From Spirochaetia bacterium (lineage in GTDB: Bacteria; Spirochaetota; Spirochaetia; DSM-2461), in the NCBI GenBank assembly GCA_963668315.1, contig OY764216.1, positions 3,264,001 through 3,328,000 on the forward strand: a stretch of DNA of 64,000 nucleotides. The letters are read 5' to 3'. How positions within the stretch are numbered: position 1 is the first letter of the stretch; every line of letters starts with the position of its first letter. A model generated the notes under the pieces. It was not told the origin of the DNA. It did not search any database and saw only the letters and a program-made list of their open reading frames with translations. Of this stretch, positions 10,027-20,672 are shown one piece after another. Position numbers and translations under genes: made by a program.

Positions 10027-11996
10027 GAAAGGCCTCCTTTTTCCTTCCCCTTTTCATGGTAGTTCTTATAGAGGGAGCGAATCAGTTTTCCGTCCCTTTT
10101 CATGACCTGATTCCGTTTGACTTTAAACGTATGGGTCAGGGTTTCGTCCTCCGTGGAAAAGGGAAGGGTAAAGGCGAAGTTGACGATGGTTTCAATCTCT
10201 TTGAAGCCGTTTTTCACAGAGATTTTTTCATCGATGATCTTTTTGAAAGCACTGTGGATTTCGGGATTGCTGCTTAAGGAGGGGATATTGTCTTTATCAA
10301 AGCGGATGTTTTTCTCAAGGCACAATTGCTTAAGCCTATCCTCTTCGGGGACTATCAGGGCGGTAAGGGTTTCCTGATCCTGGCCGCATATCATCACCTG
10401 ATCTATGGCTTCCGACTCAAGGAGTACCGCCTCCAGCGGTACCGGTTCCAGGTTTTCCCCTCCGATCAGAACGATCGTGTCTTTGATTCTTCCTATGATG
10501 CTCAGGTCTCCCGTTTTCCTGCGGATCACCAGATCGCCCGTGTTGAACCATTTCTTTCCCTGTGAATCGGTTTCCATGACCCTGTCGGTCTCTTCCTTGT
10601 TGTTATAGTAGCCCTCCATGACCTGGGGACCGCTCACCCAGAGTGTCCCCATTGAGCTGTCTTCAACGGTAAGTCCCGTCTCATCGCGGATTTGAATCTC
10701 CGTTTCCGGGACGGGAATTCCTACGGTATAGGGGATTCTGTTGTCAAAGGTACGGCAGCAGAGCACGGGAGAAGTTTCGGTCAGGCCGTACCCCTCGAGG
10801 AGGGTGACTCCGATGGTTTCGAAAAAATCGTCTATATAAACGGGGAGGGAACCGCCTCCCGATACTCCCGCCTTGAAGGAAGAGCCCAGTTTGGCCCTGA
10901 CCTTGCTGTAGATGAGCTTGTCCGCAGCAAAATGGAGGAGATGGTCGAGAAAGGAGGCCCGGGGTTCCTCCGGCGTTTCATCTATGGAAAGGCACAGGCG
11001 GTTTTGCTTAAAACGTTTCGCCCTTGTTACATTAAGGCTGTGTCTGTACAGTTTATTGAAAAGCTCCTCTTTTCCTTTCTGCCTTAACATCCGCTTGACG
11101 CCGCTGTAGACGCTGATCCAGATGCGGGGGACACTGACGAGATAGGTGGGATTTACCAGTAGAAGATCTTTGAGAATGGTAAGCTTATCGGTGTACCAGA
11201 GAGACGCACCGACGCTCAGAACCATGTACTCCAGTGTTCGTTCGAAGACATGCCAGATGGGGAGGATGGAGAGGAAACGGTCGGAGGAGTCCACATGAAG
11301 AAGGGTGGGAATATGGCGGACATTATGCATGATATTCCCGTGTTTCAAAGGGATTCCCTTGGGAATTCCCGTGGTGCCCGAGGTATACATGAGTGTCGCC
11401 CGGTCTTCCTCTTTCGTATTTCGTCTTCTTTTCTGAAACTCGTCCGAACGATTGGAGCCCTTGCCCAGGGTCAGGAGGTAATCATAGGAAAAGAGTCCTT
11501 TCTCCGGATCGATCTCCTCGAAATTCCGGTCAAGAACCACGAAGGTTTTCGTATATTCCAGTTCCCGGGAAACGGCGTGCATGCGATGCAGGACCTGGGC
11601 ATTTTCCAGAAAGGCCATTTCGCATCGGGAGTGATTCAAAATGAAGATCAACTCCCTGTCCGTGGAGGAAACGCCCCGGGGAATATCGTATCCGCCGTTT
11701 CCCAGGAGGGCCATATCGACTGTGAGCCACCGGCGGCTGTTTTCCGCAATGAGGGCGGCCCCCTGTCCCGGTTGGAAGCCCAGCTCGATAAGAGCGCAAC
11801 CCAGCGTGACTATCTCTTCTTCAACTTCTCCGTAGGTGAGGGAATGAAATGACGCCGATTCGGTAATTTTGCCGTTCGGCAGGGTTATTGTTTCCGATTG
11901 CCTGAGCCCTAATGCGGGTTTCGTCGAGTAATGATTCACGGTATGCATCCACATTTCATTAATGGAGCTGAGGCGGTGTTCCTTACTCTCTTTCAT
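10023..11996 (-). CDS. Long-chain fatty acid-CoA ligase (AMP-binding)
   Basis: YTSGTTGIPKG, EGYGLTETSP, TGD, GRIKD; start moved to the ATG at 11996, which has a GAGG RBS. Confidence 0.92.
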   Translation of the reverse strand: MKESKEHRLSSINEMWMHTVNHYSTKPALGLRQSETITLPNGKITESASFHSLTYGEVEEEIVTLGCALIELGFQPGQGAALIAENSRRWLTVDMALLGNGGYDIPRGVSSTDRELIFILNHSRCEMAFLENAQVLHRMHAVSRELEYTKTFVVLDRNFEEIDPEKGLFSYDYLLTLGKGSNRSDEFQKRRRNTKEEDRATLMYTSGTTGIPKGIPLKHGNIMHNVRHIPTLLHVDSSDRFLSILPIWHVFERTLEYMVLSVGASLWYTDKLTILKDLLLVNPTYLVSVPRIWISVYSGVKRMLRQKGKEELFNKLYRHSLNVTRAKRFKQNRLCLSIDETPEEPRASFLDHLLHFAADKLIYSKVRAKLGSSFKAGVSGGGSLPVYIDDFFETIGVTLLEGYGLTETSPVLCCRTFDNRIPYTVGIPVPETEIQIRDETGLTVEDSSMGTLWVSGPQVMEGYYNNKEETDRVMETDSQGKKWFNTGDLVIRRKTGDLSIIGRIKDTIVLIGGENLEPVPLEAVLLESEAIDQVMICGQDQETLTALIVPEEDRLKQLCLEKNIRFDKDNIPSLSSNPEIHSAFKKIIDEKISVKNGFKEIETIVNFAFTLPFSTEDETLTHTFKVKRNQVMKRDGKLIRSLYKNYHEKGKEKGGLS

Positions 11997-12118
11997 GCTA
12001 ACTACCTCACTATTAATTTTAAGGGTACCGAAGCCCGATAGCAAATAGAAAGGCGGTTTATCTTGGATAATTTATGAACGGTCTGCTTCCGGAAGCCGCA
12101 GACTTCACTGGGAAAATA

Positions 12119-12167
12119 AGGATAGCCTCCCTTCCTGTCTGATAGTGAGCGGGGAGGAGGCTATCCT
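12119..12167 (-). terminator. Stem-loop downstream of the GH3 gene, probable terminator
   Basis: Inverted repeat AGGATAGCCTCC ... GGAGGCTATCCT. Confidence 0.55.
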
Positions 12168-12177
12168 TTCAACAGCT

Positions 12178-14211
12178 TCAGCTGAGATCTTTTTTATTTG
12201 TCAGGAATACCGATTCGGTCAGGCGGATGTCCCGGGAGGATGAGCCCAGACGGATCTCGAACTCTCCCGTTTCCCAGTGCCAGTCTCTGAACACGGTACT
12301 GTAGTAGGAGAAAGCCCTCTCATTCAGCATGAAGGTGACTTCCTTCTCCTCTCCCTTCTTCAGAAAGATCTTTTCAAATCCCTTCAGTTCCTGGAAAGGA
12401 CGGCTGACGCGGGATTCCCAATCCCTCACGTAGAGCTGAACGATCTCCTTTCCCGGCTGGCTTCCCCCGTTCCTGATACGGCAGCTTACTTCCACGGGGA
12501 AGGGAGAGTCTCCCGTATTCGGTTTTACCTTGAGGGCGGAATAGGTGAATTCCGTATAGGAAAGGCCGTGACCGAAGGGGAAGAGAACATCCTTGTTTTT
12601 CGAATCATAATGGCGGTAACCCACGAAAAGTCCCTCATCATAGGGAGCGGTAAAGCCGTTACCCGGATAAGAGGAATAGGCCGGAGTGTCTTCCAGGCGG
12701 AGGGGGAAGGTCTCGGCGGTTTTGCCCGACGGGTTGACCAGGCCGGTCAGAACTTCCGCCGCCGCCCGGCCGCTGCCTTCACCGGCGTACCAGGCAAAGA
12801 GTACCGATTTTACACCGCCGATCCAGGAACTCATATCCACGGCGGAACCGGACTGGAGAACGACGGCCGTATGGCTATTAATCCCCGCGGTTTGCTCGAT
12901 GAGCCGCTCCATGGAAAGGGGCAGTCTGATGCTTTCCCGGTCCCGGGCTTCCGTTTCGGAAGACACGTTGTCTCCCGCAAAGATTATGACCGAATCGGCC
13001 TGACGCGCCGCCGCCATGACAAGGTTGAGCTTGTCAATCTGTATCATGCCCCTTTCGTAAACGTATCCGGGGATATACTCTATCTCGCCTTCCGGTTCGA
13101 TTATATCCTTAAGAACTTCGAGGGAGCTTTCGATCTTTCCGTAATTGACTTCGGAGCTGCCTCCTCCCTGAATGCGGGGTTTTTCGGCGTTTGTACCGAC
13201 GACAAGAATTTTCTGTTTCCTTCCCGGTTTCAGGGGCAGTAGGCTGTCCTCGTTTTTCAGAAGGGTCATCGCTTCCCGTGAGGAGGCCAGTATGATTTCA
13301 CGGTGGGCCGCTTCGTCGGTGGATACGGCACGGCGGGAACGGCTGTCGGCCGCTTTCAGGATAAATGTCAGAAGGCGGGCCACGGCGTCATCCAGCTCCT
13401 CTTCGGTCAGACTGCCCTTTTCCAGTGATTCCTTGAGCTGGGGCAGGTAGTCATCGGTATAGGGCATAGCCAGTTCCAGCGACGCTTTCAGGGCCAGGCT
13501 GCGTTCGTGTACGGCCCACCAGTCGGAGATAACGATACCGTCGAATCCCCACTCCTCCCGGAGAATGGTCCTGAGAAGATAACCGTTTTCACTGCAGTAG
13601 ACACCGTTAAGGCGGTTGTAGGCGCACATGACCGTCCAGGGATCCGCCTCCTTCACGGCCTTCTCAAAGGCGGGCAGGTAAATTTCGCGAAGGGTTCTCT
13701 CATCAATTTCGCTGCTGATCTGAAAACGGTCGAATTCCTGACTGTTGGCGGCGAAATGTTTCAGACTGGTCCCCACGTGGGCTGACTGCACTCCCTTTAT
13801 GTACTCCTTACCCAGCTCACCCGCCAGAAAAGGGTCCTCCGAATAGTATTCGAAGTTTCTGCCGCAGAGAGGGGTCCTTTTGATATTGACCCCCGGTCCC
13901 AGCAGTATATCCACTCCGGCGGCGCCGGTAATCTCTCCCAGTGCCCTGGCTCCCTTGGATACGAGCTCCCTGTTCCATGTGGCCGACATGGCACAGGAGG
14001 TGGGGAAACAGAGGGCGGGCAGGGTATCCAGCTCCTTGCCCTCATCGTCCAGGCGGACCTGACGCAGTCCGTGGGGACCGTCGGATACGACAACGGAGGG
14101 AATATCCAGTCTTTTGACGGGAAGGGTCTGCCAGATATTGATTCCCGTGAGCAGGGTCATTTTCTCATCCGGGGTAAGGGCGCTGATTAATTCTGCCATT
14201 CGTTCTTCCAT
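12178..14211 (-). CDS. Glycoside hydrolase family 3 (beta-glucosidase-like) with Fn3-like C-terminus
   Basis: SDGPHGLR, GRNFEYYSEDP, KHFAAN, SDW nucleophile, FPFGHGLSYT. Confidence 0.93.
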   Translation of the reverse strand: MEERMAELISALTPDEKMTLLTGINIWQTLPVKRLDIPSVVVSDGPHGLRQVRLDDEGKELDTLPALCFPTSCAMSATWNRELVSKGARALGEITGAAGVDILLGPGVNIKRTPLCGRNFEYYSEDPFLAGELGKEYIKGVQSAHVGTSLKHFAANSQEFDRFQISSEIDERTLREIYLPAFEKAVKEADPWTVMCAYNRLNGVYCSENGYLLRTILREEWGFDGIVISDWWAVHERSLALKASLELAMPYTDDYLPQLKESLEKGSLTEEELDDAVARLLTFILKAADSRSRRAVSTDEAAHREIILASSREAMTLLKNEDSLLPLKPGRKQKILVVGTNAEKPRIQGGGSSEVNYGKIESSLEVLKDIIEPEGEIEYIPGYVYERGMIQIDKLNLVMAAARQADSVIIFAGDNVSSETEARDRESIRLPLSMERLIEQTAGINSHTAVVLQSGSAVDMSSWIGGVKSVLFAWYAGEGSGRAAAEVLTGLVNPSGKTAETFPLRLEDTPAYSSYPGNGFTAPYDEGLFVGYRHYDSKNKDVLFPFGHGLSYTEFTYSALKVKPNTGDSPFPVEVSCRIRNGGSQPGKEIVQLYVRDWESRVSRPFQELKGFEKIFLKKGEEKEVTFMLNERAFSYYSTVFRDWHWETGEFEIRLGSSSRDIRLTESVFLTNKKDLS

Positions 14212-14334
14212 TTTTTTTGCACTCCCGTTTTTCTATAATTCTGACCATGAAATCTACAGGAAGTCTCAATATTTGACTGGCCATATTTTTTTCTAGGACT
14301 GGTCATTTTTTGCACTTTTTGATATTTTTCCCCC

Positions 14335-15171
14335 ATGGAACCCTTTCATGAACAGAGACTTTACGACACGGATCTTCCCGTCTACGCCCAGAAGGTTGAA
14401 GATAACAATTATCTGGCCCATTGGCACAGGGACGGAGAGCTGGCCTATGTCCTCAGCGGTAAAATCCGCCTGGGCGCCGACAGGGAGAGCCGTGTGCTTG
14501 AAGCCGGGGGGCTGGCCCTTTTCCCCAGCGACAGGATTCATCATTACGACAGCGGAAGCCTCTCTTCGGAAATCATTATCATTGTTTTCAAGCCATCCGC
14601 CATAGGGCCGGACCATGGCTGGCCCGGAAAGGGGATTCTGAATCAGAGTCTTTTTTCCCGGGAGGAACTGGATTCTTTTCGGACCGGCCTCAGCGGTCAG
14701 CTGAGAGATCTATTCATGAAAATATGGGAGGAACAGGAGAATGGGGAGAAGGGTACCGACCTCATTATCAAAGCCTCCCTACTGGAACTGACAGGTCTTT
14801 TCTACCGTTATCTTCCGGACGGGGAAATCCCGGGGAAGGGTATGAGCAAAGGAGTCCGCCATATCAGGAAAGCCCTGGATTATCTGGAGACGCATTTCGA
14901 TCAGAGTGTGAATCTGGACAGTATGGCCCGGTCTCTGGAACTGAGCCCCTGTCACCTTTCCCGGCTGTTTCAGCGGTACACGGGAATGGGGTACAGGGAG
15001 TATCTCAACCGCATTCGGGTGGAGAAGGCCCGGGAGAGACTCTCCTCCTGTGAGGACAGCCTCACGTCCATTCTGTATGACTGCGGGTTCAGCAGCGTCC
15101 GCACCTTCAACCGGGTCTATAAAAATCTTCGCGGTGAAGCCCCGAGCCTCAGCAGAAAAAAACTGACCTGA
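14335..15171 (+). CDS. AraC family regulator (cupin + HTH), divergent from GH3
   Basis: HWH cupin N-terminus; CGFSSVRTFNRVYK AraC signature. Confidence 0.92.
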   Translation: MEPFHEQRLYDTDLPVYAQKVEDNNYLAHWHRDGELAYVLSGKIRLGADRESRVLEAGGLALFPSDRIHHYDSGSLSSEIIIIVFKPSAIGPDHGWPGKGILNQSLFSREELDSFRTGLSGQLRDLFMKIWEEQENGEKGTDLIIKASLLELTGLFYRYLPDGEIPGKGMSKGVRHIRKALDYLETHFDQSVNLDSMARSLELSPCHLSRLFQRYTGMGYREYLNRIRVEKARERLSSCEDSLTSILYDCGFSSVRTFNRVYKNLRGEAPSLSRKKLT

Positions 15172-15182
15172 CTGCGGAATCT

Positions 15183-16328
15183 TTACTTTCTGGCTGATCC
15201 CGATCGTTTTTTATCTTCATACATCAGCTCATCCATTCTCTTGATGAAACCGTCGATCCCCCTGTCAAGGGAAGGATCATAGATGGCATAGCCTATGCTG
15301 ATGGACAGGGGATATTCCTCATTCGCCTCGGAAAAATTCCTGAACTCCTGGTGTATCCTGTCGATAATCATTTTTATTTCCACTTCCGAACAGTCGGGGA
15401 AGATCGCCACGAACTCGTCTCCCGCGTATCGGGCAAGAATATCAATATTTCTTATCCCCTTTCTAATCGTTTTCGCCACCTGCACCAGGGCTCTATCCCC
15501 TTCCGTATGGCCATAGGTATCATTTATATATTTAAATTTATTCACATCGGCGAGGAAGGCCGCCAGGGGGGCGCCGCTGCTCCGGGATGAGGCTATCAGG
15601 AGCTCAAGATACTCCTCCATCTTTTTCCTGTTGAATATTCCCGTCAGATGGTCGAATGAGAAGCGCCTTTCCAGAATATTCGTGTACAGAAGCAGCAGGG
15701 ATATGATGAGGGAAGGGATGAAAAGGGGCAGCTTCTGGAAAAAGCTCTGAAGGGTTCCGCAGACGATCAGGGGGCTGGAAAAGATCATCAGGCTTTCGAA
15801 TTCCCACAGGGACATATATTTTCTGTTTCTCATTACCCTGAAGACAGAGTAGAGGATATAACCGAACCCGATGACGATGGGAGCGTAGAGATAGGGGCCG
15901 TTCTGGTAATACCCCTGATCATCGATATGGAAAAAGTATCCCCCCCGGAGGGAAAGGAGTACGAACAGGATACTGACCGAAACGGGCAGGGTGATGAGGG
16001 AAACATTCCTCTTCGTCCGGGCGGTTTTATAGATTACCGCATCTACGTAAAAGAAATAGAGAAGAGGGATAATCTGAATCAAGGTGAATGTGAGGACCGA
16101 ACTTAAGAGGAGAAGCCTTCTTCCCGTCAGATCCGTTCTTCCGTTGGTGATGACGAAAAGAGAGTGGGAAAGGAGAATGGCAATGACCAGTTTGAGGTAA
16201 ATGAGAAATAACCGGTATTCCGTATTATTGTGTTCCTTCTCGCTTTTAATATTGGCATACATGATCAAGGCATACTGGGAACAGAAAAAGTTTATGACCA
16301 ATCTCAGCCACATTTCAGGATTATTCAT
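15183..16328 (-). CDS. Membrane-bound diguanylate cyclase
   Basis: Several hydrophobic segments, then DHLTGIFNR, INDTYGH, RYAGDEF. Confidence 0.88.
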   Translation of the reverse strand: MNNPEMWLRLVINFFCSQYALIMYANIKSEKEHNNTEYRLFLIYLKLVIAILLSHSLFVITNGRTDLTGRRLLLLSSVLTFTLIQIIPLLYFFYVDAVIYKTARTKRNVSLITLPVSVSILFVLLSLRGGYFFHIDDQGYYQNGPYLYAPIVIGFGYILYSVFRVMRNRKYMSLWEFESLMIFSSPLIVCGTLQSFFQKLPLFIPSLIISLLLLYTNILERRFSFDHLTGIFNRKKMEEYLELLIASSRSSGAPLAAFLADVNKFKYINDTYGHTEGDRALVQVAKTIRKGIRNIDILARYAGDEFVAIFPDCSEVEIKMIIDRIHQEFRNFSEANEEYPLSISIGYAIYDPSLDRGIDGFIKRMDELMYEDKKRSGSARK

Positions 16329-16502
16329 AGGAAAATTATAAGCCCCGATCAGGAGAGATGCAAACCAATTGTTCCTGATCCGTTACTTTATGATTCGGGA
16401 AAAAAGCCCATACCCATGACAGAAGGGGGAAAAAGCGATAAAATGTACCTTTACTACGTCATTTATCGGTAGACTGATTATTATCTGCTGAAGGAGATTT
16501 TT

Positions 16503-17888
16503 ATGCATGAAATTATTTGTCCCCACTGTAAGAAAGCTTTCAAAGTGGATGAAGCCGGTTATGCCGATATTCTGAAGCAGGTCCGGGACAGTGAGTTTGA
16601 AAAGCAGCTGCATGAACGGCTTGAACTGGCCGAGAAGGATAAGCTGAATGCGGTGGCCCTTGCAACGGAGAAAGCCGGAAGTGAAATGCAGAAGACCGCC
16701 GCCGTCAAGGACAGGGAAATTCAGGAACTGAAGTCATTACTGGCCGCCGAGGAAACGGCACGGAAACTGGCCGTGTCACAGGCTGTCAGCAGGGCGGAGA
16801 AAGAGCGGGACGAGCTGGCCGGCAGTCTCAGGCAGGAAAAACAGGAAAAAGAGGCGGCAGAGAGACTGGCCGAAGCCCGGCTGGCAAAGGAGCTGCAGGA
16901 AACGGCTTCGAAGAAGGAAGCTGAGATCCTGGAATTGAAAGCAAAGCTCACCTCCTATGAAATAGAGAAGAAACTGGCCGTATCCACGGCTGTCAGTGTG
17001 GTAGAGAAAGAGAGGGATGAGTTGAGGAACGGGCTCAGGCAGGCCGAGCTGGAAAAGCAGATCTCCGAGAAATCCCTGAAAGACAAATACGAAACCCAGA
17101 TAAAAGACAGGGATGACGCCATTGAGCGGCTTCGGGATATGAAAGCACGCCTCTCCACAAAAATGGTGGGAGAGAGCCTTGAACAGCATTGTGAGACCGA
17201 GTTCAACAGAATTCGGGCGACGGCATTTCCGAGGGCCTATTTTGAGAAGGATAACGATGCCAGCAGCGGCAGCAAGGGGGACTACATCTTCCGTGATTTT
17301 GATGACAGCGGAATCGAGATCGTTTCCATCATGTTTGAGATGAAGAATGAAAACGATACCACGGCGACGAAAAAAAAGAACGAAGATTTTCTCAAAGAAC
17401 TTGATAAGGACCGTAATGAGAAAGGCTGCGAGTTCGCCGTTCTCGTCTCTCTGCTGGAAGCGGACAGTGAGTTGTATAATTCCGGCATTGTTGACGTTTT
17501 TCACCGTTATCCGAAGATGTATGTTATCCGGCCTCAATTCTTTATCCCTATTATTACACTGATGCGCAACGCCGCCATGAAGTCCCTGGAGTATAAGACG
17601 GAGCTTGCCCTTGTAAAAGCGCAAAATATTGATGTCACGAATTTTGAAAGCGACCTTGATAGCTTCAAGACCGCCTTTGCCAAGAACTATGACCTGGCTT
17701 CCCGGAAGTTCCAGACGGCGGTCGATGAAATCGACAAATCCATTACCCATCTTCAGAAAACCAAGGAAGCTCTTCTAAGTACGGATAAGAATCTTCGCCT
17801 TGCCAATGATAAGGCCCAGAATGTAACCGTAAAGAAACTGACGCGGCATAATCCCACCATGGCGGCAAAATTTGACGAACTGAGGTGA
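16503..17888 (+). CDS. DUF2130-family coiled-coil protein
   Basis: IICPHC N-terminus, long coiled coil with internal repeat, [27 protein letters not shown]. Confidence 0.8.
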   Translation: MHEIICPHCKKAFKVDEAGYADILKQVRDSEFEKQLHERLELAEKDKLNAVALATEKAGSEMQKTAAVKDREIQELKSLLAAEETARKLAVSQAVSRAEKERDELAGSLRQEKQEKEAAERLAEARLAKELQETASKKEAEILELKAKLTSYEIEKKLAVSTAVSVVEKERDELRNGLRQAELEKQISEKSLKDKYETQIKDRDDAIERLRDMKARLSTKMVGESLEQHCETEFNRIRATAFPRAYFEKDNDASSGSKGDYIFRDFDDSGIEIVSIMFEMKNENDTTATKKKNEDFLKELDKDRNEKGCEFAVLVSLLEADSELYNSGIVDVFHRYPKMYVIRPQFFIPIITLMRNAAMKSLEYKTELALVKAQNIDVTNFESDLDSFKTAFAKNYDLASRKFQTAVDEIDKSITHLQKTKEALLSTDKNLRLANDKAQNVTVKKLTRHNPTMAAKFDELR

Positions 17889-17934
17889 AAAACAATTTGA
17901 CAGTGCCTATCTAATTATATATCCTCCATGGCAT

Positions 17935-18870
17935 ATGAATAATGTAAAAATGAAACAGGAAGCTGAGCTGGAATTATTAAGGTCCGTTGTAGCCAATACG
18001 CCGGATCAGATTTATATCGTCTATGCATCGGGCGAGGTGATAGATGTTTACCTGGGAAATGAAAGGCTTTTCAATGCCGGGTATGACCGGATGAAGGGGA
18101 AAAACTACGGGGAGTTCTTTTCTGCCCGGGTTTGCGGGATAACCCAGAGTATCATCGGAAAAGCCCTGGAAACCGGAGAACCACAATTTGTCACCTACTC
18201 AATCAAGCCGTCGGAAATATACATAGAAGGGAATGATCATCCCGATGATGTGTTCTGGTTTGAGGCAAGAGTCATTCCCCTGTTCCTTCCGAGTTTCCCT
18301 GAACCGCTTATTATGTGGAATGCACGGGATATCACAGAAAAAGTGAAGCTAGGGAAGGAGATTAAAATTCTTGTCGATCATGATGAGCTGACGGGAACAT
18401 ACAATAGAAGATTTTTCATGTCCTACCTCGGAGCCTGTTATTCCCGATTCAAGCGGTACAAGGACCAGACAAGCCTTCTCATGCTGGATATTGACAACTT
18501 CAAAGAGTGCAACGATACCTACGGACACGGTGCGGGTGACAGGGTCATTCAGAAAGTCGCTGAAAATTGTGCCGGAAAACTGCGGGAGAGTGATATCTTC
18601 GGCAGGATAGGGGGAGAGGAATTCGCTGCCATTCTGCCCCATACCGATTTGGAGAGCGCCTCAGTTCTCGCCGAAAGACTGCGCAAAGCCGTTGAATCGG
18701 AAGAGTGCCTGGTAAGCGATGAGGATTCCATACGGGTCACCATCAGCATCGGGATTTCCCAATTCCTTGAATCGGACAGTAAGGAAGTCACCCTATTGAG
18801 CCGAGCCGATAAAGCCATGTATGCATCCAAAAGGAACGGCAAGAACAGGGTTACCCTTTTTGAAACCTGA
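17935..18870 (+). CDS. PAS + GGDEF diguanylate cyclase
   Basis: PAS-like region ending RDIT; RESD I-site; RIGGEEF. Confidence 0.9.
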   Translation: MNNVKMKQEAELELLRSVVANTPDQIYIVYASGEVIDVYLGNERLFNAGYDRMKGKNYGEFFSARVCGITQSIIGKALETGEPQFVTYSIKPSEIYIEGNDHPDDVFWFEARVIPLFLPSFPEPLIMWNARDITEKVKLGKEIKILVDHDELTGTYNRRFFMSYLGACYSRFKRYKDQTSLLMLDIDNFKECNDTYGHGAGDRVIQKVAENCAGKLRESDIFGRIGGEEFAAILPHTDLESASVLAERLRKAVESEECLVSDEDSIRVTISIGISQFLESDSKEVTLLSRADKAMYASKRNGKNRVTLFET

Positions 18871-18961
18871 TTTTTTTTATGAAATGCTAAAAGATTTATG
18901 AAATAACGGCTCTGATAAAATCGACTTTGAAACATTGAACTATCTGTGTTAAAATTGAATC

Positions 18962-20539
18962 ATGGTTCTCCAATTTCAATATCTGCAGCTTCTCTACTAT
19001 CTGGCAGGCGGACTGTCCCTCTCTCTGATGGTCTTGACAAAAAAAATGCCTCCCTTCCACGGAAGCCGTATCTGGAGGGCCACCCTGCTTTTCGTCGCCC
19101 TCTGGGCGGTATGCGACGGCCTTTTGAAATTCTTCGCGGACATCACGGCAAAGGAGATACTCCTGAGGTTTTCTTATCTGGGGGTAATGGGTACCACTAT
19201 TTCCTGGTCTTACTTCATACTTGTCTATGGGAATTGCGGCCACCTTATCGGAAAAAAGCTGAAAGTTCTTCTCCTGGTGATTCCGACCATCTCTTTCTTG
19301 GGGGTCATGACATTTTCCCGGCATCCCTGGTTTTATACCTCCTTCAGCATTACCTTTAAGAACGGGTTGTGGGCACTTGAGCGCAGTTACGGCCCCCTTT
19401 TCTGGATATGGGCCCTATATGCCTACCTAATCACCCTGTTCAGCAGCATTTTGCTGATTCGGGCAATGGTGCGTTTTCCCAAGCAATACAAAGCCCAGAT
19501 TTCCCTGCTGCTGACGGCGGCCCTGCTCCCCATGATCCCCAACATTCTCTATCTGGCGGGTATCAGTTTCATGAAACCCTACGACCCATCCTCCTTGTTT
19601 TTTACCATAAGCGCGATGATGATTGGCCTGAGCATTATCCGGTCCCGTTCTTTTGCCGTTGTTCCCGTGGCATACCATTCGGTCTTTCAGAACATGAGAA
19701 GTGGGGTTTTGGTACTGGACCACAGCAGGAAAGTACTTGATCTTAATCCGGAAGCGGAGAAAATCTTCTGTATCAGCCATATAAAAGCCATTGGGCAGGC
19801 ACTGGATCAGCTCTACGAAGGGGCGGGGGAGCTGAATAATCTGGAAGATTTAGCCGAGAAACGGGTAAACGGACGACTGTATGAAATCAGTGCCGCGCCG
19901 CTGTTGTCACCGGGCAGTACGGATATTGGTTTGATCCTCCATTTCCATGATATTACGGTATTAAAGGATACCGAGAACAAGCTTTACGAAGCCTATGAGC
20001 AGCTCAAGGAAATCGCCGGCTCCGATCCTCTTACTGGTCTGCTGAACCGGAGAACCTTCTTTGAGCAGGCGGCCAGGGAATTAACCAGGTCCCTGAGAGA
20101 CGGATCTCCCTTTTCTCTGATGCTGATCGATTTGGATAACTTCAAGGCCGTAAACGACAACAGGGGGCATTTGCAGGGCGATAACGTACTGAAAGTCTGT
20201 GCCGAAAGCCTGGTTGATCTTTCCCGCGGTGGAGATATCATCGGCCGCTACGGCGGTGACGAGTTCATCGTCATGCCCTTTCAAACCGGCGAGCTTCATG
20301 CTTTGGATCTCGCAAAACGTTACGTATCGGCTATCTCCCGGCGAATCAGGGAGGACACCGATATTTCTATGACCCTGAGCATCGGGATCATAATTTACGA
20401 CGGCAGTGACGATACTACCCTGGAGGATTTGATCGACCGGGCCGACAAAGCCATGTATGCCTCAAAAACAGCCGGAAAGAACCGGGTGACTCTGTGGAAC
20501 ACGGAAATGGATACATCTATCAAGGTGGGATGCAGCTGA
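18962..20539 (+). CDS. HisKA_7TM-like + PAS + GGDEF diguanylate cyclase
   Basis: Multi-TM N-terminus with YGPLFW, PAS ending HDIT, RYGGDEF. Confidence 0.88.
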   Translation: MVLQFQYLQLLYYLAGGLSLSLMVLTKKMPPFHGSRIWRATLLFVALWAVCDGLLKFFADITAKEILLRFSYLGVMGTTISWSYFILVYGNCGHLIGKKLKVLLLVIPTISFLGVMTFSRHPWFYTSFSITFKNGLWALERSYGPLFWIWALYAYLITLFSSILLIRAMVRFPKQYKAQISLLLTAALLPMIPNILYLAGISFMKPYDPSSLFFTISAMMIGLSIIRSRSFAVVPVAYHSVFQNMRSGVLVLDHSRKVLDLNPEAEKIFCISHIKAIGQALDQLYEGAGELNNLEDLAEKRVNGRLYEISAAPLLSPGSTDIGLILHFHDITVLKDTENKLYEAYEQLKEIAGSDPLTGLLNRRTFFEQAARELTRSLRDGSPFSLMLIDLDNFKAVNDNRGHLQGDNVLKVCAESLVDLSRGGDIIGRYGGDEFIVMPFQTGELHALDLAKRYVSAISRRIREDTDISMTLSIGIIIYDGSDDTTLEDLIDRADKAMYASKTAGKNRVTLWNTEMDTSIKVGCS

Positions 20540-20638
20540 GTCTGCCGGCTCCTTTTTTAAAGTTTTATCGCTGAATCAGAAAAGGTTAAAGTTCCTGTTT
20601 TCCGGGAAATGATATGGACAGGAGTCTCTATTCTTCTA

Positions 20639-20659
20639 TATATTTACGGTGTAAATATA
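20639..20659. promoter_or_regulatory. Palindromic operator, probably for the adjacent TetR
   Basis: Perfect inverted repeat TATATTTAC-GGT-GTAAATATA just upstream of the RBS of 20673. Confidence 0.65.
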
Positions 20660-20672
20660 ATTAGGAGGAATT

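Noticed and set aside
16680..17070. Internal repeat in the DUF2130 gene as a mobile or regulatory repeat
   Set aside because: It is an in-frame coiled-coil duplication (KLAVS.AVS..EKERDEL) within the protein.
2286..17750. Long antisense ORFs such as 2286..3065, 3266..4156, 12277..13242 and 16776..17750
   Set aside because: They shadow well-supported genes on the opposite strand and show no motifs.
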